From an uncultured Actinomycetota bacterium (GTDB lineage Bacteria; Actinomycetota; Actinomycetes; Propionibacteriales; Nocardioidaceae): a stretch of DNA of 64,000 nucleotides. Made by a program: the position numbers and the translations under genes. This document shows, in pieces, positions 18,149 through 26,103 of the stretch; the stretch's first letter is position 1; each line of letters starts with the position of its first letter. The notes under the pieces are model-generated. The model saw only the letters and a list, made by a program, of their open reading frames with translations. It was not told the origin of the DNA and did not search any database. The stretch is from assembly GCA_963784545.1 (NCBI GenBank), contig CAWARQ010000002.1, forward strand, positions 571,512 to 635,511. Reading direction: 5' to 3'.

Positions 18149-20271
18149 TGCCCTGCCTCCGTGCGGGGGTTTCGAGACGCTCGCTGCGCTCGCTCCTCAA
18201 CCACCGACGACCTCCGGACGATCAGGTTGCGGTAGTCGTCGACGGTCGCGGTGAAGCCGGGGTGGATCGGCACGGTGGACCCGAACTCCTCGACGATCGC
18301 CGGACCGGGGACGACGGACCCAGGCCCCAGGTCGGGGCGCCACAGCAGCGGCGTCTCGACATACCCGTCGGTGGCGTCGAAGCAGACCTGGCGGGTGCCT
18401 CGCTCCGTCGGGTCGGGGGTTGCGCCGCCTGGCTCGGACCTACGGATCTCCGGGCGCTGGATCGGGCCGATGCCGCTGACCCGGAGGTTCACCCACTCGA
18501 CCTGCTGGCTCGGGTCGGTGGCGAAGTCGTAGCCGTAGAGCGCGCGGTGCTCGGTGTGGAAGGTGTCCGCGACCGCGGTCAGCGCCGCTGCGTCCAGGTC
18601 GCCGGCCGGCACCGGCACCCGGACCTCGAAGGCCTGGCCGAAGTAGCGAAGGTCGGCGGTGCGCTCGAAGACGTGCGCATCACCGGGGAATCCCTCCTTG
18701 TCCAGGGCGATCCGGGCCTGGTCGGTGAGCTCGGCGTACACGGCGTCGACCTCTCCCGCGTCCAGCGACTCCGCGAGCGCGACGTGGGTCTGGACGTAGT
18801 CGTTCTTCACGTCGACCGTGAGCAGCCCGAAGGCGGACACGTTGCCGGGGTCCGGTGGCACGAGGACCGTCGGGATGCCGAGGATGTCCATCAGCCGGCA
18901 CAGCAACAACGAACCGGAGCCGCCGAAGGTGGTGAGCGTGAAGTCCCGGACGTCGAGGCCGCGCTTGACGGTGACCTGCCGCAGGGCGTTGGCCTGGTTC
19001 CACGCCGAGATTTCCAGGACGCCGGCCGCGGCCGCCTCGGGGCTCAGCCCGAGCTGCGCGGCGAGAGCCGTCACGCCGCTCTTCGCCGCCTCGGCGTCGA
19101 GAGGGATCTCGCCCCCGAGCAGGTGCGGCGGGATGCGGCCGAGGAAGAGGTGCGCGTCGGTGATGGTGACGTCGCTCCCGCCCTTGGCGTAGCAGAGCGG
19201 ACCTGGGTCCGCGCCCGCGCTCTGCGGCCCGACCTTGAGCGTGCCCTCGGGGCTCAGCCACGCGATCGAGCCGCCGCCCGCGCCGACCGTGACGACGTCG
19301 ATCATCGGGATCTTGCTGGGGAACGCGCCGACGCTCCCCTCGGTCGTGAGCGTCGGGTTGCCGTCGATCACCACGCTGACGTCGGTCGAGGTTCCTCCGC
19401 CGTCGCTGGTCAGCACCCGGTCGAAGCCGGCGACCTTCGCGATCAGCGCGGCACCCAGGGCTCCGGCCGCCGGTCCCGACAGCACCGTGGTGATCGGCTG
19501 GTGCACGACCTCGTCGGCGGAGAGGACGCCGCCGTTGGACTTCATCACGTAGAACGGCAGCGAGCGCTGGGCGTTGTCGGCCAGCCGGCTCTTGATGTTG
19601 TTGACGTACGCCGAGAGCCGAGGCTTGACCGCGGCATCGACCAGCGTCGTCATCGCGCGCTCGTACTCGCGGTACTCGCGCAGCACCTCGCTGGAGATCG
19701 AGACGACCGCGTCCGGGTGCTCCTCGCTGAGGATGACCCGCATCCGCTCCTCGTGCGCGGGGTTGGCGTAGGCGTGCAGGAAGCAGACGCCGAGGGTGTT
19801 GATCCCCTGGTCCTTGAACCAGCGCGCAGCCGTGCGCGCCAACTCCTCGTCGAACGGCCGGACCTCGGCGCCGGTGAAGTCCAGGCGGCCGCCGACCTCC
19901 TTGACCAGGTGTCGCGGGACGATCCGGTCGGGCTTGACCCAGAAGTAGGAGTTGCCGTACCCGTCGGGCACCGACTGGCGAGCGATCTCCAGCATCGCGC
20001 CGTAGCCCTCGGTGGTGAGGTAGCCGAGCGCTTCGACCTTGCCCTCGAGCAGCTGGTTGGTGGCCACGGTCGTGCCGTGGGAGACGGCGGTGACGGCGTC
20101 GTACTCGGCGCCGATGAGGTCCAGCACCTTGTCGATCCCGGCCAGGAACCCGTCGGCGGGGTTGCTCGGGGTGGACGGCGTCTTGGTCGTGACGACCCGG
20201 CCGGAGTCCTCCTCGAAGGCGACGACGTCGGTGAACGTGCCCCCGGTGTCGATCCCGATCCTGATCCGCAT
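18145..20271 (-). CDS. Hydantoinase A/5-oxoprolinase family ATP-binding subunit
   Basis: IGIDTGGTFTD, HGTTVATN, SGPAAG, DGGGTSTDV, GAGGGSIA, GPQSAGADPGP; 708 aa. Confidence 0.93.
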   Translation of the reverse strand: MRIRIGIDTGGTFTDVVAFEEDSGRVVTTKTPSTPSNPADGFLAGIDKVLDLIGAEYDAVTAVSHGTTVATNQLLEGKVEALGYLTTEGYGAMLEIARQSVPDGYGNSYFWVKPDRIVPRHLVKEVGGRLDFTGAEVRPFDEELARTAARWFKDQGINTLGVCFLHAYANPAHEERMRVILSEEHPDAVVSISSEVLREYREYERAMTTLVDAAVKPRLSAYVNNIKSRLADNAQRSLPFYVMKSNGGVLSADEVVHQPITTVLSGPAAGALGAALIAKVAGFDRVLTSDGGGTSTDVSVVIDGNPTLTTEGSVGAFPSKIPMIDVVTVGAGGGSIAWLSPEGTLKVGPQSAGADPGPLCYAKGGSDVTITDAHLFLGRIPPHLLGGEIPLDAEAAKSGVTALAAQLGLSPEAAAAGVLEISAWNQANALRQVTVKRGLDVRDFTLTTFGGSGSLLLCRLMDILGIPTVLVPPDPGNVSAFGLLTVDVKNDYVQTHVALAESLDAGEVDAVYAELTDQARIALDKEGFPGDAHVFERTADLRYFGQAFEVRVPVPAGDLDAAALTAVADTFHTEHRALYGYDFATDPSQQVEWVNLRVSGIGPIQRPEIRRSEPGGATPDPTERGTRQVCFDATDGYVETPLLWRPDLGPGSVVPGPAIVEEFGSTVPIHPGFTATVDDYRNLIVRRSSVVEERAQRASRNPRTEAGQ

Positions 20272-20278
20272 GACCGCA

Positions 20279-20354
20279 ATTGTCCCGGCCAGCCGACGCC
20301 CCCGGCTAAGGCATCATCTGCCGACGGATGGGCGATCCGTTGTCATCTCCTGCC
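20279..20354 (-). promoter_or_regulatory. Hydantoinase operon promoter with paired GGCA-N5-TGCC boxes
   Basis: GGCATCATCTGCC at 20310-20322 and GTCATCTCCTGCC at 20342-20354 (32 bp apart). GACAAT -10 (20279-20284) is 25 nt from the proximal box and 7 nt from the ATG. Confidence 0.65.
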
Positions 20355-20365
20355 AGGGCCGCTCC

Positions 20366-20437
20366 GGGTAACGGTAGTTGCTGGACGCTCCCGGCCCCGT
20401 ATACGCCCCCGGGAGCGTCAACCTGATGGCGTTACCC
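20366..20437 (-). terminator. Long imperfect hairpin at the MarR gene 3' end (probable terminator)
   Basis: Inner stem GACGCTCCCGG/CCGGGAGCGTC (20384-20394 and 20409-20419); outer stem GGGTAACG/CGTTACCC. Confidence 0.5.
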
Positions 20438-20983
20438 AGGAGGGGGGCGCGCCGCGGTCCGGGCCGCCGGGCAGCGGCCCTGCGCGCGGCCGCAGGCGGT
20501 CAGGTCGCAGGTGCGGCACAGCCACGGCTCGCTCCCGCCCTCGCGACGGCGCGCCAGCCGGTGCTCGGTGAGGCGGCGGACGAGCGCGTCCAGCAGCCGC
20601 TCGAGCTCGGCGGAATCCCCCGGGTCGAGGGCATCCACGAGCGCGGTGGCGGCTGCGGAGCGGGCTCGCGTCGCCGCCTCCGCCGTACGCCGTCCGGCGG
20701 CGGTGAGCCGCACGCCGACCTCGCGGCCGTCCCCGAGCTGCTCGCGACGCACGAGCCCGGCCTCGGCGAGCTGGGCGACCAGCCGCACCGCGCCTGAGTG
20801 GCTCAGCCCGAGCACGTCGGCCAGCGAGCCGATCCGGGAGCCGTCGAGGAACTCGTGCAGCGCGACCACCCCCGCGGTCGCCGACTCCGAGAGGCCCGTG
20901 GCCGCGGTGGCGGCCCGGCGCTGCTCGTCGGCGAGGCCGGTGGCGAGCACTGCGACCAGGTTGCTCAGACGTGCGGAGGCCAT
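20432..20983 (-). CDS. MarR family regulator with Cys-rich C-terminus
   Basis: LADVLGLSHSGAVRLVAQL...DGREVGVRLTAAG winged HTH; tail WLCRTCDLTACGRAQGRCP; ATG 20983. Confidence 0.82.
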   Translation of the reverse strand: MASARLSNLVAVLATGLADEQRRAATAATGLSESATAGVVALHEFLDGSRIGSLADVLGLSHSGAVRLVAQLAEAGLVRREQLGDGREVGVRLTAAGRRTAEAATRARSAAATALVDALDPGDSAELERLLDALVRRLTEHRLARRREGGSEPWLCRTCDLTACGRAQGRCPAARTAARPPPG

Positions 20984-21032
20984 GAGAACAGGATATTGTA
21001 TGAGTGAGTCATATATCGAGGAGCTGATGTGC

Positions 21033-21458
21033 ATGTCCGGACACACCGCCACCGCCACCGCCCAGGTCGACGCCTCCCGCGAGGAGGTCTGGGCCGCGCT
21101 CACCGACCCCGCGAGGATCGAGACCTGGATGAGCGGCAGCAAGGTCGAGACGAGCTGGGAGGTCGGGAGCCCGATCACCTGGCAGGGCGAGCACGACGGT
21201 CGCGCGTACGAGGACAAGGGCGAGGTCCTGGTCTTCGACGAGCCGCAGAGGCTGTCCATGACCCACTACAGCCCGATGATGGGGCAGCCGGACGAGCCGG
21301 AGAACTACCACACGCTCGTCTACACGTTGAGCGAGAACGACGGCGGCACCCGCGTCGAGCTGACGCAGGACGGCTGCGACGACGAGGCGCAGGCCGAGCA
21401 GTTCTCCGCCAGCTGGCAGCAGATGCTCGACGGCCTCAAGGCGACCGCCGAGCGCTGA
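21033..21458 (+). CDS. SRPBCC (AHSA1-like) domain protein
   Basis: VDASREEVWAALTDP...W, GGTRVELTQ, WQQMLDGLK; GAGGAG SD upstream. Start could also be 21027. Confidence 0.85.
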   Translation: MSGHTATATAQVDASREEVWAALTDPARIETWMSGSKVETSWEVGSPITWQGEHDGRAYEDKGEVLVFDEPQRLSMTHYSPMMGQPDEPENYHTLVYTLSENDGGTRVELTQDGCDDEAQAEQFSASWQQMLDGLKATAER

Positions 21459-21461
21459 CCA

Positions 21462-22391
21462 CTAGGAGATCGGCGGGGTGGTGCTCGCCTCGTGCGCGAC
21501 GATGTCGCGGGCCAGGCTCTCCCACTTCGCGTAGGCGTCCGGGCAGCACGAGCGCTGCACCGCCTGCGCGGCCTGGGTGACCGTCATCGACTGCCACCCG
21601 CCGATGTCGACCAGGCCCGGGTTGCTGGTGTGCGAGGCGACTCCGTAGAACGCCTTCGAGGAAAGGACCGGGTCCATGATCTGCGCCTCGGTCCCCCAGC
21701 CCTGGGAGGTCCGCTGCTGGAAGAGACCCAGCGAGTCCCGGTCGCCGTAGTCGATGTTCATCAGCGTCGACTCCTGCATCGAGGTGGCCAGCGCGATCAC
21801 CCACCCGTACTCCGGCACGCCCGCGCCCTTGCCGACGCCGATGATCGTCCGGGCGTTGCGCTTCTGCTCCGCCGAGAGTGACCCGTACGTCGTCCCGGGG
21901 GTGCCGCTCGAGCCGCCACCGAAGAGCGCCTGCCAGGTCTGGGACCCGGCGATCCCGTCGACGCCGAGACCGTGGCTGCTCTGGAAGCTGCGGACGGCCG
22001 AGTCGGTCGCCGGGCCGAACGCCCCGTCGGTCGAGAGGCCGTTCCCGTACTTGTTCAGCTGGACCTGGAGGGCCTGGACCGCGGCCCCGTTGTCACCCTG
22101 GCGCACCGTCACCACGAGCGCGCCGAAGGTCTGCTGCCCGGCGACTCCGTCGGCGGTCAGGCCGTGGTCGGCCTGGAAGGCCTGCACGGCCGCTTTCGTG
22201 CCGCTGCCGAAGTCGCCGTCCGCGGTGGTCGTGTAGCCGCGGGCGGTCAGGAGGTACTGCAGGCTGGTGACGTCCGCTCCGGTCGAGCCGACGCTGAGCG
22301 TGGGGTACGCCGCGGACGCGGGCGCCTGGAGTCCGAGGGTCGCGACGACGGCGACCAGGAGGGTGACCACGAGACGTCGGAGGGTGGGCAT
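21462..22391 (-). CDS. Secreted peptidoglycan-binding protein with C-terminal lysozyme-like domain
   Basis: Signal peptide ending ASA; repeated PG-binding motifs (DGDFGSGTKAAVQAFQ, DGAFGPATDSAVRSFQ); MQESTLMNIDYGDRDSLGLFQQR. Confidence 0.85.
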   Translation of the reverse strand: MPTLRRLVVTLLVAVVATLGLQAPASAAYPTLSVGSTGADVTSLQYLLTARGYTTTADGDFGSGTKAAVQAFQADHGLTADGVAGQQTFGALVVTVRQGDNGAAVQALQVQLNKYGNGLSTDGAFGPATDSAVRSFQSSHGLGVDGIAGSQTWQALFGGGSSGTPGTTYGSLSAEQKRNARTIIGVGKGAGVPEYGWVIALATSMQESTLMNIDYGDRDSLGLFQQRTSQGWGTEAQIMDPVLSSKAFYGVASHTSNPGLVDIGGWQSMTVTQAAQAVQRSCCPDAYAKWESLARDIVAHEASTTPPIS

Positions 22392-22461
22392 GGCTGAGCG
22401 GGGTTCCCGAGAGAAGAACATGCCTTCCACCCAAGCACCGATTGCGCGAGCGGTGAACCCC

Positions 22462-23130
22462 TCAGGCGTCGGGCGGCCGCTCGTTGTACACGCCCGCCGG
22501 CTCCTGGCCGGACAGCTCCTGGATGGCACCCATGATCCGGTCGGTCACCTCGCGGCGGGCCTTCCCGGCCGGCACCCCGTCGTACCGGCCGGCGAAGCTC
22601 AGCGGCTCGCCGAAGGCGACCCGCACCTTCACCAGGCGCGGCAGGGTCGTGCCGACCGGCTGGAGGTCCTGGGTGCCGTGCAGCCCGACCGGGACGACGG
22701 GGGCGCCCGTGGTCAGCGCCAGCTGGGCGACACCGACGCGGCCGCGGTAGAGCCGCCCGTCGCGGGAACGGGTGCCCTCGGGGTAGATGCCGAACGCCTC
22801 CCCGCGCGCCAGCACGTCCCGCGCGGTGTCGAGGCTGGCGAGGGCGGCCCTGGTGTCGTCGCGGTCGACCGGCAGCATGCCCAGCCCGGTGAACCAGGCC
22901 TTCGACAGCGCACCCTTGAACCCGGGTGAGTCGAAGTAGTCCGACTTGGCCAGGAAGACCACCTTGCGCGGCACCACGATCGGGATCACCACGCTGTCGG
23001 CGAAGCTGAGGTGGTTGCTGGCCAGGATCACCGGTCCGGTGGAGGGCACGTGGTCGAGGCCGACCACCTCCGGGCGCCACACCGCACGGGCCAGCGGCGG
23101 GACCACCGCGTGCATCGCCTCGTAGAGCAT
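22462..23130 (-). CDS. Lysophospholipid (1-acyl-sn-glycerol-3-phosphate) acyltransferase family
   Basis: ASNHLSFADS (HxxxxD), YPEGTRS, PVVPVGL. Start uncertain (23130, 23139 or 23142). Confidence 0.9.
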   Translation of the reverse strand: MLYEAMHAVVPPLARAVWRPEVVGLDHVPSTGPVILASNHLSFADSVVIPIVVPRKVVFLAKSDYFDSPGFKGALSKAWFTGLGMLPVDRDDTRAALASLDTARDVLARGEAFGIYPEGTRSRDGRLYRGRVGVAQLALTTGAPVVPVGLHGTQDLQPVGTTLPRLVKVRVAFGEPLSFAGRYDGVPAGKARREVTDRIMGAIQELSGQEPAGVYNERPPDA

Positions 23131-23186
23131 GGGGGCCATCATGCCGGTGCTGGCCCGGGACGCCGCGAACCGACCCTGACATAGGT

Positions 23187-23223
23187 GAAGGGCCCTCGTC
23201 GGTATGAGCGACAAGGGCCCTTC
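23187..23223 (-). terminator. 15-bp stem hairpin, likely terminator of an upstream minus-strand RNA
   Basis: GAAGGGCCCTTGTCG-CTCATAC-CGACGAGGGCCCTTC on the minus strand. The single mismatch is a G-U pair only in this orientation. Confidence 0.65.
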
Positions 23224-23428
23224 GAGTGGTTCGGACTCCACCGTCGACCAAGGTCGATGGCTTCGTCCTCCCCGGTGATCGGTACTGGTGATGCTCCCAA
23301 TCGATGCACCCCTCGACTCCGGTCCCAGCCGCCTCATCACCGGCGACTGCGGCCTTCCCCAGCGAACCGGTTCCGGCCGGATGGACCCTCGTCTCCGAGC
23401 CATCCCGCTCTCCCTTGCGGGAGGGCGT
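23187..23428 (-). ncRNA. Candidate structured non-coding RNA (~240 nt)
   Basis: No credible ORF; several hairpins (CTCCC-GCAA-GGGAG, GTCGACC-AA-GGTCGAT); terminator at the 3' end; promoter-like TTGTGG-N18-TAGAAC upstream. Confidence 0.4.
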
Positions 23429-23567
23429 AGGAGAGTTCTATGTCCCGAAACCCCTACGCCACAAGGGATTTCGCGAAAGTTCTTTCACAAACTTCTGGTT
23501 CCACCGGGTCCTCCCCAGATCACCGGCCCCTTGTCCCCAGAAGTGCCGACGTTGTCCACAGATTCGT

Positions 23568-23984
23568 TCACCGGCTGTGGAGCACGGACTGGTCCACCGC
23601 GGCCACGGCCTCGACCTCGACGAGCTGTCCCTCGTAGCCGAGGAGCGGGACGGCGACCAGGGTGCTCGGGGCGTCGTGGTCTCCGAACGCGGCCCGGACG
23701 ACCTGCCAGGCGGTGACCAGGTCGTCCCGGTCGTCGGTGGCGACGTACACCGTGGACTTGGCGACGTCGGTGAGCGTGGCACCGGTCGCGGCGAGCGCCT
23801 GCTCCAGGTTGCGCATGACCAGGGCGGCCTGCCCGGCCAGGTCGCCGAGCGGTGTCACTTCGCCGTTCTCGTCCAGCGGGCAGGCGCCGGCGGTGAACAC
23901 CAGGGACCCCTGGGCCACGACGGCGGCGTAGGCGTAGGGCACCTCGTCGGAGAGTGCCTCGGACCGGATCAGCTCGACAGGCAT
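23568..23984 (-). CDS. RidA/YjgF/YER057c family protein
   Basis: VFTAGACP, DVAKSTVYV, STLVAVPLL...LVEVEAVA; TAGCGT -10 is 6 nt upstream and overlaps the amidase stop. Confidence 0.88.
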   Translation of the reverse strand: MPVELIRSEALSDEVPYAYAAVVAQGSLVFTAGACPLDENGEVTPLGDLAGQAALVMRNLEQALAATGATLTDVAKSTVYVATDDRDDLVTAWQVVRAAFGDHDAPSTLVAVPLLGYEGQLVEVEAVAAVDQSVLHSR

Positions 23985-23993
23985 GCGCCGACG

Positions 23994-25373
23994 CTAGTCG
24001 AGGGCCTCGAAGGCGCCCGCGATCTCGAGCAGCCGGCGGTCCGCGCCGTGTGGCGCCACCAGCTGGAGACCGACGGGCAGCCCGTCGGAGGTCGTGCCGG
24101 CCGGGACGCTGATCGCGGGGCAGCCGGTGACGGTGATGAGGTACGCCGACCGCATCCACGCCAGGTAGTCGGGCTGCTCGACCCCGTTGATCGCGGTGGG
24201 AAACTCCTGGTCAGCCGGGAACGGCGGGACCGCGGAGACCGGCAGGGCCAGCACGTCGTACTGGTCGAAGAACAGCCGCATCGTCTCGGCGAGTGCCGTG
24301 CGCTGGGCGTACGCGCGGGCGACGTCGGCGCCGGTGAGCGACTCCCCCGCGCGGATGTTGGCGGCCAGGCTCGCCTTGAAGCCGTCGGGGTGCTCGTCGA
24401 GCAGCCCGGCGAACCGCGCCTGGAAGTGCCACGCGCGGAGCGTGCGGAACGTGTCGTCGCCGAGCGCCAGGTCCGGATGGGCGCCGGAGACGGTGGCGCC
24501 GGCGGCGGCCAGGCGTGCGCCGGCCTGCTCGACCACGGCGGCGACCTCGTGATCGACCGTGAGCAGCCCGCCCAGGTCGACGCTGAGCGCGACCCGCAGG
24601 CCGCCGAGGGTGCCGGAGAGCGGGGGCGCGAACGCCGCGCCCGGGTCGCCGAGCGCCATCGGGACGCGCGGGTCTGGCCCGGCCAGCACGCTGAGCAGCA
24701 GGGCGACGTCGCCGACGGTCCGGCCGAGCGGCCCGCCGACCGACGTGGTCTCCCACTGGTTGGTCTTCGGCCACTCCGGCACCCGGCCCAGGCTCGGCCG
24801 GAGCCCGACCACGCCGCAGAACGAGGCGGGGTTGCGCAGGCTGCCGCCCATGTCCGAGCCCTCGGCGAGCGCGACCATGCCCGACGCCAGGGCGCAGGCC
24901 GCTCCCCCGCTGGAGCCGCCGGCGCTACGGGTGGGGTCGACCGGGTTGAGGGTGGTGCCGAAGACCGGGTTGAACGTGTGCGAGCCGGCCGCGAATTCCG
25001 GCACGTTGGTCTTGCCGAGGATCACCGCGCCGGCGCCCCTGATCCGCTCGACGATCAGCTCGTCGTGCTCGGGGACGTGGTCGGCGAACAGCGCCGAGCC
25101 GTACGTCGTGCGCCAGCCCGCGACCGCGTGGGTGTCCTTCACCGCGAACGGCAGGCCGTGCAACGGCCCGGTGGGGGCCCCGCTCGCCGTGCGCTCGTCG
25201 GCGGACTGCGCCGCGGCCCGCGCCTTCTCCTCGTCGAGGCTGACGATCGCGTTGAGCTCCGGATTGCGCTCGGCGATCCGGGCCAGGTGCAGCTCGAGCA
25301 GCTCGCGCGCGGAGATCTCCCGGCGTCGTACGGCGTCCGCCTGCTCGCGGGCGGTCGATTCGGGGGTGATCAT
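23994..25373 (-). CDS. Amidase (amidase-signature family)
   Basis: FAVKD, GKTNVPEF, GGSSGGAA, GSDMGGSLRNPASFCG (Lys-Ser-Ser triad). An alternative in-frame GTG start lies at 25475. Confidence 0.92.
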   Translation of the reverse strand: MITPESTAREQADAVRRREISARELLELHLARIAERNPELNAIVSLDEEKARAAAQSADERTASGAPTGPLHGLPFAVKDTHAVAGWRTTYGSALFADHVPEHDELIVERIRGAGAVILGKTNVPEFAAGSHTFNPVFGTTLNPVDPTRSAGGSSGGAACALASGMVALAEGSDMGGSLRNPASFCGVVGLRPSLGRVPEWPKTNQWETTSVGGPLGRTVGDVALLLSVLAGPDPRVPMALGDPGAAFAPPLSGTLGGLRVALSVDLGGLLTVDHEVAAVVEQAGARLAAAGATVSGAHPDLALGDDTFRTLRAWHFQARFAGLLDEHPDGFKASLAANIRAGESLTGADVARAYAQRTALAETMRLFFDQYDVLALPVSAVPPFPADQEFPTAINGVEQPDYLAWMRSAYLITVTGCPAISVPAGTTSDGLPVGLQLVAPHGADRRLLEIAGAFEALD

Positions 25374-25383
25374 GCGGCCGTCG

Positions 25384-25475
25384 GTTTCCCCGCCTGGGCG
25401 GGGAAACTGGCACTTGTAGGCCGTTGCAACCCCCTCCCAGTGCAGGTTTCCCCGCCCAGGCGGGGAAACCTGCAC
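25384..25475. repeat. Inverted REP-like palindrome doublet between coxG-like gene and amidase
   Basis: GTTTCCCCGCC-TG-GGCGGGGAAAC (25384-25407) and GTGCAGGTTTCCCCGCC-CA-GGCGGGGAAACCTGCAC (25440-25475). Confidence 0.85.
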
Positions 25476-25479
25476 GCGC

Positions 25480-26103
25480 TCACCTCCGCCGCCCGAGCAG
25501 CGCGCCGGCGACCACGCCCGCCAGCACCAGCCCGGCTCCGACGGCGATGCCCTTGACGAAGTCCGACTGCGAGGTGACCCGGCCCGGGGTGGCGGCGGGA
25601 TCGACGTACACCTTGGGCATCCCCGGCTCCGCGCTCTCGACCGAGGCGGCGCCCGCCTCCGCGGTCGGCGAGAGGATCGCGCGTTCGACGTTGGCGAAGA
25701 ACTCGCCCGCCATCCGCTTCGAGACGCTGGACAGCATCCGCTGACCGACCCCGCCGATCATGCCGCCCACGACAGCGTCGGCGTCGTACGACACCGAGGT
25801 GCCACCGTCGCCCGGGGCGAACGAGACGTTGACCGTCGCGCCGATGGTGCCGGGCGCACCGGCACCGTCGAGCTTCATCACCAGCGACTGGTGCTGCTGG
25901 AGGTCCGCGAGGGCGCACGAGCCGGAGTAGGTGCCCTTGATCGCGGCGACGCCGGCAGTGACGGTCATCGCGTAGGAGTTCTCGCCCGTCTCCTCCAGCC
26001 GCTCGCAGCCGGGGATGGTCCGCACGAGGACGGCGGGGTCGAGCAGGGCGTCCCACACCTGCTCGACGGGCGCCTGGAGGGTGTTCTGGCCGGTGAACCT
26101 CAT
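25480..26103 (-). CDS. CoxG-like SRPBCC accessory protein with C-terminal membrane anchor
   Basis: MRFTGQNTLQAPVEQVWDALLDPAVLVRTIPGCE, VGGMIGGVGQRML; ATGA-coupled to the large subunit. Confidence 0.88.
   Translation of the reverse strand: MRFTGQNTLQAPVEQVWDALLDPAVLVRTIPGCERLEETGENSYAMTVTAGVAAIKGTYSGSCALADLQQHQSLVMKLDGAGAPGTIGATVNVSFAPGDGGTSVSYDADAVVGGMIGGVGQRMLSSVSKRMAGEFFANVERAILSPTAEAGAASVESAEPGMPKVYVDPAATPGRVTSQSDFVKGIAVGAGLVLAGVVAGALLGRRR

Noticed and set aside
16012-20571. 1519-aa plus-strand ORF, and other long ORFs such as 44097-47315, 8710-10608, 58292-60862 and 23304-25556
   Set aside because: They are antisense shadows of well-supported genes. High GC third positions leave the opposite strand free of stops, and the translations have no motifs.
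22392-22470. c-di-AMP (ydaO) riboswitch before the peptidoglycan-binding hydrolase
   Set aside because: The gap is only about 70 nt and lacks the expected conserved segments.
23290-23400. Cobalamin riboswitch in the candidate ncRNA (GGGAAGGC-like segment)
   Set aside because: The other B12-box elements are not visible and the downstream gene is unrelated.
23481-23584. Replication origin
   Set aside because: Only one perfect DnaA box, and no dnaA, dnaN, rpmH or gyrB context.
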